A stretch of 62,941 bases of DNA, filler included. It is 8 parts of 8 records of this genome, joined end to end, with 100 filler letters (N's around TTAATTAATTAA, not from the genome) between each part and the next. Parts side by side here need not be neighbours in the genome. Positions count along the whole stretch, not along the records: positions 36,121 to 48,366 come from SRR31147125_54051; positions 48,467 to 56,276 come from SRR31147125_54052; 6 more parts are not named here. One strand, 5' to 3'. The stretch's first letter is position 1. Each line of letters starts with the position of its first letter. A program made the translations under genes and the position numbers. The notes under the pieces are model-generated. The model did not search any database, was not told the origin of the DNA, and saw nothing but the letters and a program-made list of their open reading frames with translations. Positions 41,146 through 52,226 of this stretch are shown here, piece after piece.

Positions 41146-43254
41146 TTATAAATAATCCATCAAACTGACATTGATGATTTTCGATGTGGAGCCCAGAGCG
41201 GCTTCGTAAGCGGACTGGGCATTTTGCAGATTCATGACCGCCTCGACAATATCCGCATCCTCAATATCGGAGCGCCGCTCTTTCAAATTAAGACCCATCT
41301 CTTCCGTGATGATGTCTCGAACTTCCAGGCGATTGTACTTCATGCCGTTATCCGCCATCACGGAGGTGACATGGTCATATCCGGTGGCCAGTCTGTCGAT
41401 GGTACGCTCAATGCCGTCGACATCATTGTCGGCCAGGTAGCCACGCAGATCAATGAGGGTGTTGAAGATCCCCCACTCTGCCGGGTCGGTGCTGCTCATC
41501 GGAGACTTGAGGTCATCTTCGTCCGTATCAAATCCTAAAACAGTTGCAATGCTCTCTCCGGTTCCGCCATTGGCTACCGGTGCATTGTCACCGGACTCCC
41601 AAAGTAAATTGAACGCTTCGAGATCGGTACCGTTTTCCTTAATGGTAAATTTTTCCATCTCTTGATCCCACGTCACCGAATAATCCGTACGGTTTCCTTC
41701 GGAAAGAGATGCCGCTTCCATGGCTTTTTCAACCTCTTTGGCCAACTCGTCATTACTCTCGTATTCTTTCATCTTGACCTCGGCAGTGAGGGTGTAGACC
41801 ACCTGATCCTCACCGGTGCCGATCACTTCCTGGAAATCGAGCTTATTGTTGGTGCTGTTAATGGTAAGGGGGCCGGAACCGATCGGGATCGGAGAAAAAT
41901 CATATGTCACCAACTGATCGGAGACATGGGGTGCAGAGATGATGTTCTCATCTTTGAACCCGATCTCATGACCGATTGAGGTGGATCCAACCTGGTTTTT
42001 CACCTCCGGATTGAGGGTAAATTTCACATAGTCCTCCTCCTCGACATCATCATCAAAGGAGATGGAGAGATCAGGGAAGTCGTTTTCATCAAAATAGATA
42101 TCGACCCCTTGATCGGTTCCCATGATCTTTGCCGGAAGCAGCCCCCCGTTACTTTCAAATGTTGTCACCTGCTGACCGGTTGCCGCATCTGTCGTGATCG
42201 ATGCCGGCAGTGCAATGCCTTCCCCATTTTCCAGCCCCCAATAATAGTCACCCGATGCCACATCCAACGACCATGTCAGCTTGAACTCCTGGGGCTCATC
42301 ACTGATGTTGACAGCTTCCTTGTCGTTGATGATGGTATTGACTTCATCGGGATGTATGGAACCGCCGGTGGCCACTTTATCCAGATAGGCATCTTCAGTG
42401 ATGAACACTTCGGTATCCCACATGAACTCCGTGGCCATATATCCGTCATAAGATCCATCCTCCATGATGGAAAATTGTTGCCGGGCTTCATCATATTTCA
42501 CTTCATAGGTCACCCCGTGTCCATCTTCAGCCGACGCCCGATTCAGCTCGTTTCGAATGGTCTCTTTAAGGGTTTCGATATCGTACTGCCCATCGGGGAT
42601 CACTGCGGTAACCAGTTTTTCATAATCAGACCCATGCCCCGGATCCTCGTTGAAATAGATGGTATTGTTGGTGCTGTTGATGGCCACTTCATCGTACCAG
42701 AACACCTCAGCCCCCACTCGGCCCACCGGGAGTTCAGCATTTTTATCCGACCGGATTCGAAAGGCGGTATCATCCCCTTCGTAGGAGACGCGGGGAGGAT
42801 CGTCATCGGAATGATACATCAAAGGGGCGGTATCGATACTGTTTCCACTGAAGATGAAGTTGCCGTTCATCTGGGTATTTCCGAGGCTCAAGAGCTGCTC
42901 GATCACATTATCCACATTCTCGACGGCATCCTTTCGGTCATCACTGTTGATAGAGGCATTGGCCAGATACTGTACCTGGGTTTTCAGCTCCAGAATCAGA
43001 TCGTTGGCACTATCCAAGGAACTTTCCACACCGGTCAACCAGGTTCTGCCCATTTCCACATTGGTCTCGATTTGATCCAGATGTTTGATGTTCTCACTCA
43101 GGTCCAACACCTGGGTCATGCCGATGGGATCGTCGGAGAGGGAATTGATCACTTTCTGGGTGCTCATCACCTCGTTATGATCTTTGAGGGTTTCCGTGTG
43201 AATCCCCAGTTGATACGTTGCATTGGTATATGTAGATATGGTCGGTACTCTCAT
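41146..43254 (-). CDS. flgL: Hook-associated protein FlgL (702 aa, enlarged)
   Basis: SLSDDPIG, GNFIFSG, SDIEDAD...AYEAAL...SLMDYL; directly downstream of flgK. Confidence 0.94.
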   Translation of the reverse strand: MRVPTISTYTNATYQLGIHTETLKDHNEVMSTQKVINSLSDDPIGMTQVLDLSENIKHLDQIETNVEMGRTWLTGVESSLDSANDLILELKTQVQYLANASINSDDRKDAVENVDNVIEQLLSLGNTQMNGNFIFSGNSIDTAPLMYHSDDDPPRVSYEGDDTAFRIRSDKNAELPVGRVGAEVFWYDEVAINSTNNTIYFNEDPGHGSDYEKLVTAVIPDGQYDIETLKETIRNELNRASAEDGHGVTYEVKYDEARQQFSIMEDGSYDGYMATEFMWDTEVFITEDAYLDKVATGGSIHPDEVNTIINDKEAVNISDEPQEFKLTWSLDVASGDYYWGLENGEGIALPASITTDAATGQQVTTFESNGGLLPAKIMGTDQGVDIYFDENDFPDLSISFDDDVEEEDYVKFTLNPEVKNQVGSTSIGHEIGFKDENIISAPHVSDQLVTYDFSPIPIGSGPLTINSTNNKLDFQEVIGTGEDQVVYTLTAEVKMKEYESNDELAKEVEKAMEAASLSEGNRTDYSVTWDQEMEKFTIKENGTDLEAFNLLWESGDNAPVANGGTGESIATVLGFDTDEDDLKSPMSSTDPAEWGIFNTLIDLRGYLADNDVDGIERTIDRLATGYDHVTSVMADNGMKYNRLEVRDIITEEMGLNLKERRSDIEDADIVEAVMNLQNAQSAYEAALGSTSKIINVSLMDYL

Positions 43255-43345
43255 GAGAACCTCCTGACATGGTATGAATATGTCTCAATCCGTTTTATTA
43301 TTGAGAATGGGTCACGTCATTAACGACGTCGTGTACACTTGAATT

Positions 43346-46300
43346 TTAGCGGATGTTGATCAAGGTATTGAGCATCTCATCCGTTGTGGACACCAGCTTT
43401 GATGCGGCATTAAATGCCTGCTGATATTCGATCAACTTCACCATCTCTTCATCTAAGGATACGGCAGATACCGAATCCCGCTCTGCCGTGATATAGTTTA
43501 CCATTAAATCGGCAAATTCCCTTGCACTCTGAATATTTTTTGAATCCACACCAAGGGCTCCCATCATGGTACTGTAATATCCGTCCAAGGTGGCGGTGGT
43601 GATATTGGATTCGGGCTCTTTTCCCCTGGCATACGTCCACTGTCTCAACTCCAGAGATGTGAACTGCAGATCGGCCATGGCAAGGGTATTGCCGTTATCT
43701 CCGGCATCGATCTCTCCGGTGACGGAATCCAGGGTGGCGGCTGCCAGGAAGTTGGTATCCTCGATGATCTCATTGAGTTCCATGGTCATGGCGCCGTCCC
43801 CCTTGAAAAAGGTGTTGATCCCGACGGCGGCCATCATCCCGGATTGATCGGAAAAGGCAAAACCGATATCATCGGGATCCCGCCGTACCAGATCCACTGT
43901 AATGGAGCCTTGACCGGTGGGTTTATCCTCAAATCGGATGGTGATATCCGCCAAGCCGTCTCCGGAAAAATCGACCCCGAAGGCGTCATCATCGGCATTG
44001 AAAGGTAAAAACTGCGCATTCCCCCCGTGGGATCGTTCATGATGGTCCAGCTGCCGGATGCAGAGCGATTGAATTGAAGTTCTTCCGCCGCAAAATCGAG
44101 ATTACTCCAGTCGTTCACTTCAATGGAAATATTGTCGTTCATGAATCCGTTATCTTCGGAGTAGAGAACATTGGTGATCACATGATACCTGTCCGACGCC
44201 GAAAGCATGAGCTCATTTTGTGCGTTGACCGTCGCGGTCATTCCCTGCCCTACGGTGTTGAACTGATCGGCAAAAGAGTCCATGGTCCAGTGCCAGTCGT
44301 GCATGAACTCTCCGGTGGGCTCGCCGTCTGAATTGGTGGAAACCGGTTTGCCGCCCGCGTCCGTGGTAATGGTAAACACATCCCCTGTGATGACCGTACC
44401 ACTGGAAAAACGAAGCGTCATGCCGTCCACCTCGACTTCGTACGGGACATTGGGGGTCACCGGCGGATCCGGCTCTTCGATGGCAAAGGTACCGGAACTG
44501 ATGCCGTTGCTCCACTCAATGGTGATGGGCTCTTCATCTTCAGCCGGTAGGATGCCGACGGTTCCGCCGGAGATCACCTTGAACTGATAGATGTCGTTCT
44601 GGCTTCTGGCTTCGCCTCGGACGGTAAACTCAAGGGGATCCGGTACGGCATAATCATTTCCGGCGGCATCATTGATCTCGTTGATGTTGATGCTCAGGGT
44701 ATTGCCCGCCACCAAAGATCCGGCGGAGATATCAAAGGAGAGACGGTTTCGCCCGTCTTCATCGATGATACTCACATTTTCCGCATCTTCCACGGTGAGC
44801 AATCCCCTTTGACCCGTTGCAATACCGTCACTGTCATACTCCTCCCATAAAATGACGCCTTCATCGGCGTACAAGGTAGACGTGGTACTGCTCTTAAAGG
44901 GATCGGAGGCAACCAACAGATCGTTTTCCGGTTGATTGGTCTGGGTTCCGGTTCCCGTTGCAACCGCCAGTTGGGCATCGTTGGTTGTATCACTGAACGC
45001 GGTTATTTCAATGGGGGACTCGAGATCGTCGCGCTTGATCACCGACACGGACAGGCCGTTTTGAACGATGGTATATTCATCGGTATCCGCCGGCGGAGTA
45101 CTCACCAAGCCTGCAGCGGGAGCGATCAAGGCCGTATACAGGGCATCGGCAATATCTTCCTGACTCGGTGTCCCCGCCGGTACATTGACGGTGACGGAGT
45201 GTGTGGTATCAATAGTGAACGTCACCGTATCCCCGGCATCAAACCCGGTGAAGCCGTCTTCTCCACCGAGAGTCAGAATTGAACTTCCGAATTCTGCCCG
45301 TCGCCCATCAATGAGTCCGCCATCCGGACCATCCACCGAAGAGGTGATGGAAATCCCCGGCTCCGTTTGAATGGTCAGTGATCCGACCACAACCGCGGAT
45401 TTTGTGGTACCGGCTCCGGTACCGACCTGTGATACCGTCACAGCGTCTCTGCCGTTACCGGAGAAATCCATGGTTTGTGCCCCCCCGAGGGTGGCTCCTG
45501 CAGCATCTTGTAATTCAATCCCCTCAAGGCCAAGGGTTCTGCCGGATTCGCTGACCAACTTAAAGGTGGCATTGACGGCATCGGTGGCATCGTATTCAAG
45601 TCTCAGATCTTCATCGCCGTTAATGGCGTTGAGGGCCTCGGCTGCTGCCAGAAAGGCATCTTCGAACTGCTCATTGATATCCCCGAGGGTCGAATCCACG
45701 GTGAACGCCTCATATTGAACCACGCCGTCCACATAGATGCCGAACTGCACGGTCAATCCATCTGCCGGAGGAGCGGCGACAAAGGATGCGACGTCAAATG
45801 TTGCCGAGGTCTCCGAGGCATAGGCGGTCACGCCATCCACATTATTGAGCGCGTCTGCGATGGAGGCGGCCGACTGCTTGGCATCCCCGCCTGAGTAACT
45901 GATCTCCACCACCTCTTTGCCGAATTCTCCCCCACCGATTTCAAGAATCTGCTGGGCTATCGGGGTGATGGTCCCATCTTCGAGAATCCCTCTCACCGAA
46001 CTGGTGGTACTTGTCATGGGATTCCCTGTTCGCAGCCGCTCCCCATCGGTTTGCATCACCAGTGTATCGCCAATCGTCGTGCCGTCCACAACGGTCAATT
46101 TGTAAACGGCGTCTTCGGAGTAAAGATCCGGCCCGGCCTGCCAATTGGAGAGGGTTGCCTGGGAGATCCCCATGTCCATCTCGATCTTGGAGTAGGCGGT
46201 CTCCGACGCAGTGGTATCTTCGATCCACATGGTGAGATCGGTGCCGTAGTCGATTTTATCCCCATAGCCGAGGCTTGAAAGCCATCCGCTTTCATCCACG

Positions 46301-47271
46301 GCATAATTCCCGGTAAGACTGTCCGAGTAATACTCCAGCCCCGCCCCTTGCGCGTGCTGAAAATTCAAGGCCCAGATCACCTCGTGGGAAAGCTCGTCCA
46401 ACTCGGCTTTATATTTGGGGATCACCTCTTCCCGGACATCCAACCACCCGCCCAGCTGCCCCCCTTCGATTTTATCGGTGATGTTCTGGGCCCTGCCCGA
46501 TGAACTATACCATAATATCTGATTGTCTTTGGCCCCCAGCTCGTAGCTGCTGATCCCATTGACAATGGGAAGCCCGTTGGCCACATTGGCCACCACAGCA
46601 CCGTTGGGCTGCTCGAAAATATCGACATCGATCAGCTTTCCCAGCTCATCCAATAGTGCGTTTCTCTGATCCCGCTTGTCATTGGAGGTCCGCTGGGTCT
46701 CATCGCCCATGATATCCTGGTTGAGCGAGGCAATCTCTTCCGTGATGTCGTTGATTCTGTCTACGGCGCTGATCATCTTGGTGGAGATCTCCACATCCAC
46801 ATCTTCGAGATAGGTGAAGGCCCGGTTAAATCGCTCCGACAGCTCTTCTCCGTTTTCGAGGACGATGAGCCGCTCGGAGGCATCCGCCGGATTGTTTGAA
46901 AGGTCGTTCCAGGAATTCCAGAAATCAGTCAAAATGTTGCTGATGCTGTTTTCCGAGGATTCGTTGAAATGATCTTCGATGATACGGACATAGGATTCGG
47001 CCTCTTCATAACCGGACAGGCTGGATTTCTCCCCGGTCAACCGATTTTCGAGAAGCTGGTTGACGGACTGGGTCACCTGGCTGGCATCCACCCCGGTGCC
47101 GAACAGAAATCCGGCATAGGGAAGTCCGCCTTTATTGACTTGCTCGATGCTCTGGCGACTGTAATCCTCATTGTTGACGTTGGCAATGTTGTTCCCTGTA
47201 ACAGCCAGGCCGTACTGATTGGTGATCAGCGCATCTTTTGCAATATGAAGTGTCGATCCGAGTCCGCCCAT
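43346..47271 (-). CDS. flgK: Hook-associated protein FlgK (~1300 aa, enlarged; frameshift at C6 run 44021-44026)
   Basis: VTGNNIANVNNEDYSRQ, GGQLGG; C-terminal SAVSLDEEMVKLIEYQQAFNAASK lies in ORF 43346..43954. Confidence 0.94.
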
Positions 47272-47273
47272 GA

Positions 47274-47812
47274 TTACACCTGTGCAGAGATGAGCGTGGT
47301 GGATACGGGCCTTGCCACCCTGCTGCCGTAATAGGAACGAGAGGCAGAGGCATTGCCATTGCTGCTGTAGGATTTATGCTGAGCAGCCCCGGTAACCGTT
47401 GAGATGACGCCGTCAATGACCCCAAGATATTCCTGAATGTTTCGACGATTGGATTCTGCGATCTGCTTCAGTTCATCCTTGAGGATGTCGATGGTAATGC
47501 GGCTCTTTTCCAAAAAGATTTTGTTTTTGCGCTTAAGGGGAGAGATTCCAGAAGACGAGATGATGAGAAACGCCGGCTGTCCATTCCATGGACGATGCCT
47601 TGCGCGTCCAATGAAGAGAGCAATCCCTGCCTTAATTTTTCAATGGCAACGGCCAGCTCTTTTTTGCGTGAAGATGCGGCCCAAAGAGATTGGACATCCA
47701 TTTTTACAATATAACCGGATTCGAGTCTCATGACTTGAGCCAGTTCATTGTATTGTTCCAGATTTTCCTGAAAAAAAAGATCTATCTCTCGAGCAAGTTT
47801 TTCCATGATCAC
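47274..47812 (-). CDS. flgN: Flagellar export chaperone FlgN (frameshift ~47513)
   Basis: Helical protein directly upstream of flgK; ORFs 47468..47812 and 47274..47513 join; NRRNIQEYL...YSSNG. Confidence 0.75.
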
Positions 47813-47827
47813 ACCTCCGTACAGTTT

Positions 47828-47854
47828 ATATCGGCAAAAAAAGGATCGGCTTGA
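47828..47854 (-). promoter_or_regulatory. Sigma28 promoter of flgN-flgK-flgL-csrA-fliW
   Basis: The minus strand reads TCAA-N15-GCCGATAT, followed by RBS GGAGG. Confidence 0.8.
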
Positions 47855-47972
47855 TGGTTTGAGGGCCGGAAGGGGTGGGAATCGGAATTTTTTTCCCTGT
47901 TATCTTCTTCAAATCCTTTTCACTGATAATTCTGCAAGGGGTATGCCATTTATTTTTCGAGAGGGCTGACAC

Positions 47973-48278
47973 CTACAAAGCGTCTTGCAATTGGCGATAG
48001 AGATACTCTCCGATGCCGACGCTGTTATCTCCCTTGGAGATGCTCTCGGCAAGATATTGATCGTGCATGGAGGTATAAATATCCTTTCCATTGCTTTCAG
48101 GAAACAATCCGTCACCGGGCAGGGTGGCCCGCATTCCTTTGAGCATGCTTTGAATAAAAATGGCCTCAAAACCTTGACAGGCTTCTTTCAGGGCTTTTTC
48201 ATCTTTCGTCATTTGCTCTTTGGTCGAAATAGGTCCGTTGTTCTCAGCATAGAGTCTTGCTGTTGCAGAAATGTCCAT
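47973..48278 (-). CDS. flgJ: Single-domain rod-binding protein (FlgJ N-terminal domain, no muramidase)
   Basis: LKEACQGFEAIFIQSMLKGMRAT...YTSMHDQYLA...GIGEYLYRQL. Confidence 0.88.
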   Translation of the reverse strand: MDISATARLYAENNGPISTKEQMTKDEKALKEACQGFEAIFIQSMLKGMRATLPGDGLFPESNGKDIYTSMHDQYLAESISKGDNSVGIGEYLYRQLQDAL

Positions 48279-48366
48279 TTGATGGCTCCAATGTTTGGTA
48301 ATCAATACGGGCAATAAGGTAAATAGGCTGTTGTATCCAACCTCACCCCCATCCCCTCTCCATGAA

Positions 48367-48466
48367 NNNNNNNNNNNNNNNNNNNNNNNNNNNNNNNNNN
48401 NNNNNNNNNNTTAATTAATTAANNNNNNNNNNNNNNNNNNNNNNNNNNNNNNNNNNNNNNNNNNNN
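48367..48466. other. Artificial contig spacer
   Basis: N44-TTAATTAATTAA-N44. Confidence 0.98.
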
Positions 48467-48471
48467 GGGAA

Positions 48472-49974
48472 GTGAGCTATATCGGTTTAGATATTGGTAC
48501 GAGTGGGTGTAAGGCCGTTGCATTTGGTGAAAATGGAGATGAGCTGGCTTCCTCCTATCGAGAATATGCGGTTTTAAGGCCATTTGAAAATTGGGCGGAA
48601 CTCGATTCCGAAAATGTCCTGAACCAATGTTTTGAAGTGTTAAAAGAAGTCAATGCAAAAATTGGTGAACCTGCAATTGCATTGGGAATCTCCAGCCAGG
48701 GCGAAGCATTCACACCCATTGGTCCAAATAACGAAATAATTGGAAGGGCAATGGTATCTTCCGATTCCAGGGCAGTAGATTTGCTCTCTTCATGGAGCAA
48801 AGAATTTGGTGAAGAAAAACTATACGCTATTACTGGACATACCCCACACCCGTTATTTACACTGTTTAAACTAATTTGGGTAAAGAAAAACCAACCTGAA
48901 GTTTGGGCTGGCGCAAAATATTTTTTATGCTTTGAGGACTTGCTTCATCTAAAATTCGGCATCCACCCACACATCAGTTGGCCAATGGCCGGAAGAACAA
49001 TGCTTTTTGATGTAATCAAACATCAATGGAGCCCGGAGATCCTTAATTCGATAGGTCTTGATGAATCCCGATTGGCAATGCCAGTCCCGTCGGGTCAGAT
49101 TGTTGGAAAAATCGACCAACATATTGCCAAAGAATTGGGATTTAAAAATGAAGTTTCTGTTGTTTCCGGAGGCCATGATCAGACTGTTGCTGCATTGGGA
49201 GCAGGAATTGTAAAAGCAGGATTATGTATGTATGCAACCGGCACTGTTGAATGTTTTTGTCCCATACTTAAAAAACCTTCTTTTTCTGATATTTTAAGAA
49301 AAAATAACCTGTGTTGTTATGATTTTAGTATTGAGGGATATTACACAACTGTAGCCTATAGTTTAACAGGTGGCAATATCTTAAAATGGGTTAGAAATGA
49401 ACTTGGGCATGAGGAACGGGAATTGGCTAAAAAATCTGGAGTCAACCCCTATCAATACCTCTTAGAAAAGATGCCCGAAGCACCAACAAATCTTTTGGTC
49501 CTTCCCTATTTCTCTGCTACTGGTACTCCTTATTTTGATACACGGGCAAAAGGTGCAATTATTGGCTTGAACCATGGAACAACAAAAGCAGAGATTACCA
49601 AAGCACTACTTGAAGGGGTTGCAATGGAAATGAAACTAAACCTGTTACTAATGGAAGAATCAGGAATGTACGTGGAAACTTTTGTAGCCACAGGGGGAGG
49701 CACACAAAATGATACATGGACCCAATTAAAAGCAGATGTCCTTAATAAAAAAGTAATCGTAAGAAAGGTTAAAGAAGCAGGTTGTTATGGGGCAGCCTTA
49801 TTGGCTCAAAGTGCATGTACTAAAATACCTCTAAAGGATTTAATCAAAACTTCAGATAAAAAAGATAAAATCTTTATTCCTAATTCTAAAAGATCCAAGG
49901 AATATGAACAAAAATTTGAAAGTTATAAACGCTTATACCCTACCATAAATAAATTTTGGCAGGAAAATAACTAA
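48472..49974 (+). CDS. FGGY-family carbohydrate kinase (xylulokinase-like)
   Basis: IGLDIGTSGCKA, GGHDQ, LPYF, ALLEGVA, TGGG. Confidence 0.92.
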   Translation: MSYIGLDIGTSGCKAVAFGENGDELASSYREYAVLRPFENWAELDSENVLNQCFEVLKEVNAKIGEPAIALGISSQGEAFTPIGPNNEIIGRAMVSSDSRAVDLLSSWSKEFGEEKLYAITGHTPHPLFTLFKLIWVKKNQPEVWAGAKYFLCFEDLLHLKFGIHPHISWPMAGRTMLFDVIKHQWSPEILNSIGLDESRLAMPVPSGQIVGKIDQHIAKELGFKNEVSVVSGGHDQTVAALGAGIVKAGLCMYATGTVECFCPILKKPSFSDILRKNNLCCYDFSIEGYYTTVAYSLTGGNILKWVRNELGHEERELAKKSGVNPYQYLLEKMPEAPTNLLVLPYFSATGTPYFDTRAKGAIIGLNHGTTKAEITKALLEGVAMEMKLNLLLMEESGMYVETFVATGGGTQNDTWTQLKADVLNKKVIVRKVKEAGCYGAALLAQSACTKIPLKDLIKTSDKKDKIFIPNSKRSKEYEQKFESYKRLYPTINKFWQENN

Positions 49975-49987
49975 TTCTAATACAATA

Positions 49988-50998
49988 GTGAAAACAATTG
50001 ATAAATTAAAATACATCGGGAATAAAAGTCAATTAGGGGGAGTCCGCTCTTATGAACTAACAGATGGATGGACGCGAAATATGAGGGCATTTGATGTAAA
50101 TACCGGAAGTGGCTTACAATATACTGTGCTCCCGGATAGAGGCATGGATATCTCTTTGGCCAGTTTTAAGGGCAATAACTTGGTTTATATGACCTGTAAT
50201 GGGGAGACTTCGCCTGCTTATTATGAACCAGAAGGAAATGGTTGGTTGCATACGTTTGCCGGAGGTTTGTTAACTACTTGTGGACTTACGTATCTGGGAC
50301 CTCCTTCGATAGACGATGGTGAGTCTTTAGGTTTGCACGGTAGATATTCCACAATTCCAGCTCGGCAGGTCGCTGATTGTTCTGAATGGATAAACGATGA
50401 ATATCACATTAAAATCAAAGGAATTATGGAAGAAGGTTACCTCTTTGGTAACAAATTGCGATTGATACGTGAAATAAAATCGGTTGTTGGAAAAAGTGAA
50501 ATTAAAATAGTCGATAAAGTAACAAATTTTGGTAATAAACCATCTCCGTACACAATTTTATATCATTTCAATCTGGGTTATCCAATACTTTCAGAGGAGA
50601 CTAAATTGAAGATAGATCCGTTGGAAACTATACCCCGGGATCAAACAGCGGCGTTAGGGATTAATGAGTTTAAAGAATTTCATTCACCACAAGATAGTTA
50701 TCAGGAACAGGTTTTTTTCCATAAAATGAAAGGAGACGATACAGGATTTACAACGGTAAGTCTTATTAACAAAAAACTTGGAGTGTCTCTTAATTTAAAA
50801 TATAAAATAGACCAATTACCATATTTAACTGAATGGAAAATGATGGGGGTTGGTGAATATGTTCTGGGATTGGAACCATGTAACGTATTTGTAAAATCGC
50901 GCAAACAACTTCGTGAAGAGAATAACCTTCCATTTCTAAAGCCCAATACAACAGTATGCAATGAGTTGATAATTAACACTGAAGAAATATCAAAATGA
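49988..50998 (+). CDS. Aldose 1-epimerase family protein (DUF4432-like)
   Basis: LPDRGMDI, GGLLTTCGL, LHGR, LYHFNLGYP, YVLGLEP. Confidence 0.88.
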   Translation: MKTIDKLKYIGNKSQLGGVRSYELTDGWTRNMRAFDVNTGSGLQYTVLPDRGMDISLASFKGNNLVYMTCNGETSPAYYEPEGNGWLHTFAGGLLTTCGLTYLGPPSIDDGESLGLHGRYSTIPARQVADCSEWINDEYHIKIKGIMEEGYLFGNKLRLIREIKSVVGKSEIKIVDKVTNFGNKPSPYTILYHFNLGYPILSEETKLKIDPLETIPRDQTAALGINEFKEFHSPQDSYQEQVFFHKMKGDDTGFTTVSLINKKLGVSLNLKYKIDQLPYLTEWKMMGVGEYVLGLEPCNVFVKSRKQLREENNLPFLKPNTTVCNELIINTEEISK

Positions 50999-52161
50999 AA
51001 AAACTAGTTTTATTTGGCGCAGGAAAGATCGGACGTTCATTTATAGGGCAATTATTTTCCGCTTCTAATTATGAAGTAGTTTTTATTGATATAAATGAAA
51101 AGATAATAAAAGAGCTAAATCAAAAAAAACAATATAAAGTTGTTCTTAAGAGTAATGCTGCGGATAAAGTTCTGCAAATAAAGAATGTCAGGGGTGTTTT
51201 AGGTAATCAGAAAGAGCAAGTTATAGCAGAACTAGACACTTGCGATTTGGCAGCTGTTTCAGTTGGACAACGTGGATTATCTGCAATTATCCCAATTTTA
51301 GCCGAGGCTATTCGAATGCGACAAATAGCGGGGAAATCTCCTTTAGATATAATCATTGCAGAGAACATGAGAAATGCTGATGAATTTATCAAAACCAATT
51401 TAATGCAACATCTAAGAAGTAATGTTTCTGTTAATAATTATGTAGGCCTTATTGAAACGAGTATCGGAAAAATGGTTCCTATAATGCCGGAAGAAGAAAT
51501 GGAAAAAGATCCCCTCCTTGTTTTCGCAGAACCATACAACACATTGATCCTTGATAAAAAAGCGTTTAAAAATCCCATCCCTCAAGTTACCGGCCTGGCG
51601 CCAAAAGATAACATGAAGGCATGGGTTGATCGAAAATCATACATACATAACTTTGGTCATGCGGCAGCTGCCTACACCGGCTATATGTATAATCCAGAAC
51701 AGATTTATATTTCAGATGTCTTGTCAAATCCTTCGGTAAAAAAATTTACTGTTAAAGCAATGGAACAGAGTGCTGCCATTCTAATGGAAAAATACCCGGG
51801 TGAATTTACCAGGGAAGATTTGTCTAAACATATTCATGATTTAATTGAGCGATTTGAGAATAAAGCATTAAAGGACACGGTATTCAGGATTGGATGCGAC
51901 TTACAAAGAAAATTACACAAGGCTGACAGGGTCCTTAGCCCTTTAACTGATGGATTAAAAATGGGGCTTCCTGTTGATTATATCATGATGGTATTTAGCT
52001 TCGGTTTACGTTTCAAAGCACCCGACAGCAAGGGAAACCTCTTTCCCGGAGACAATGATTTCTTTGAAATTTTAAAAGACAAAGGATTGGAACACGTGAT
52101 AAGCCAGGTAATTGAACTGGATACCCGAAAATTATTGGACACAATCTTTTTAACAGCTTGA
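50995..52161 (+). CDS. Mannitol-1-phosphate 5-dehydrogenase-like polyol-phosphate dehydrogenase
   Basis: FGAGKIGRSFIG, IIAENM, RKSYIHNFGHA, RFEN...DTVFRIG.D..RKL. Confidence 0.85.
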   Translation: MKKLVLFGAGKIGRSFIGQLFSASNYEVVFIDINEKIIKELNQKKQYKVVLKSNAADKVLQIKNVRGVLGNQKEQVIAELDTCDLAAVSVGQRGLSAIIPILAEAIRMRQIAGKSPLDIIIAENMRNADEFIKTNLMQHLRSNVSVNNYVGLIETSIGKMVPIMPEEEMEKDPLLVFAEPYNTLILDKKAFKNPIPQVTGLAPKDNMKAWVDRKSYIHNFGHAAAAYTGYMYNPEQIYISDVLSNPSVKKFTVKAMEQSAAILMEKYPGEFTREDLSKHIHDLIERFENKALKDTVFRIGCDLQRKLHKADRVLSPLTDGLKMGLPVDYIMMVFSFGLRFKAPDSKGNLFPGDNDFFEILKDKGLEHVISQVIELDTRKLLDTIFLTA

Positions 52162-52226
52162 CAATTGTCAAATCGAATAAGCATATTCATTATCATACTT
52201 TAAATCAAAACTAGAATTGTAATAGA

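Noticed and set aside
48340..48366. CCTCACCCCCATCCCCTCTCC as the start of a REP-like palindrome
   Set aside because: It is cut by the fragment end, so the partner arm cannot be seen.
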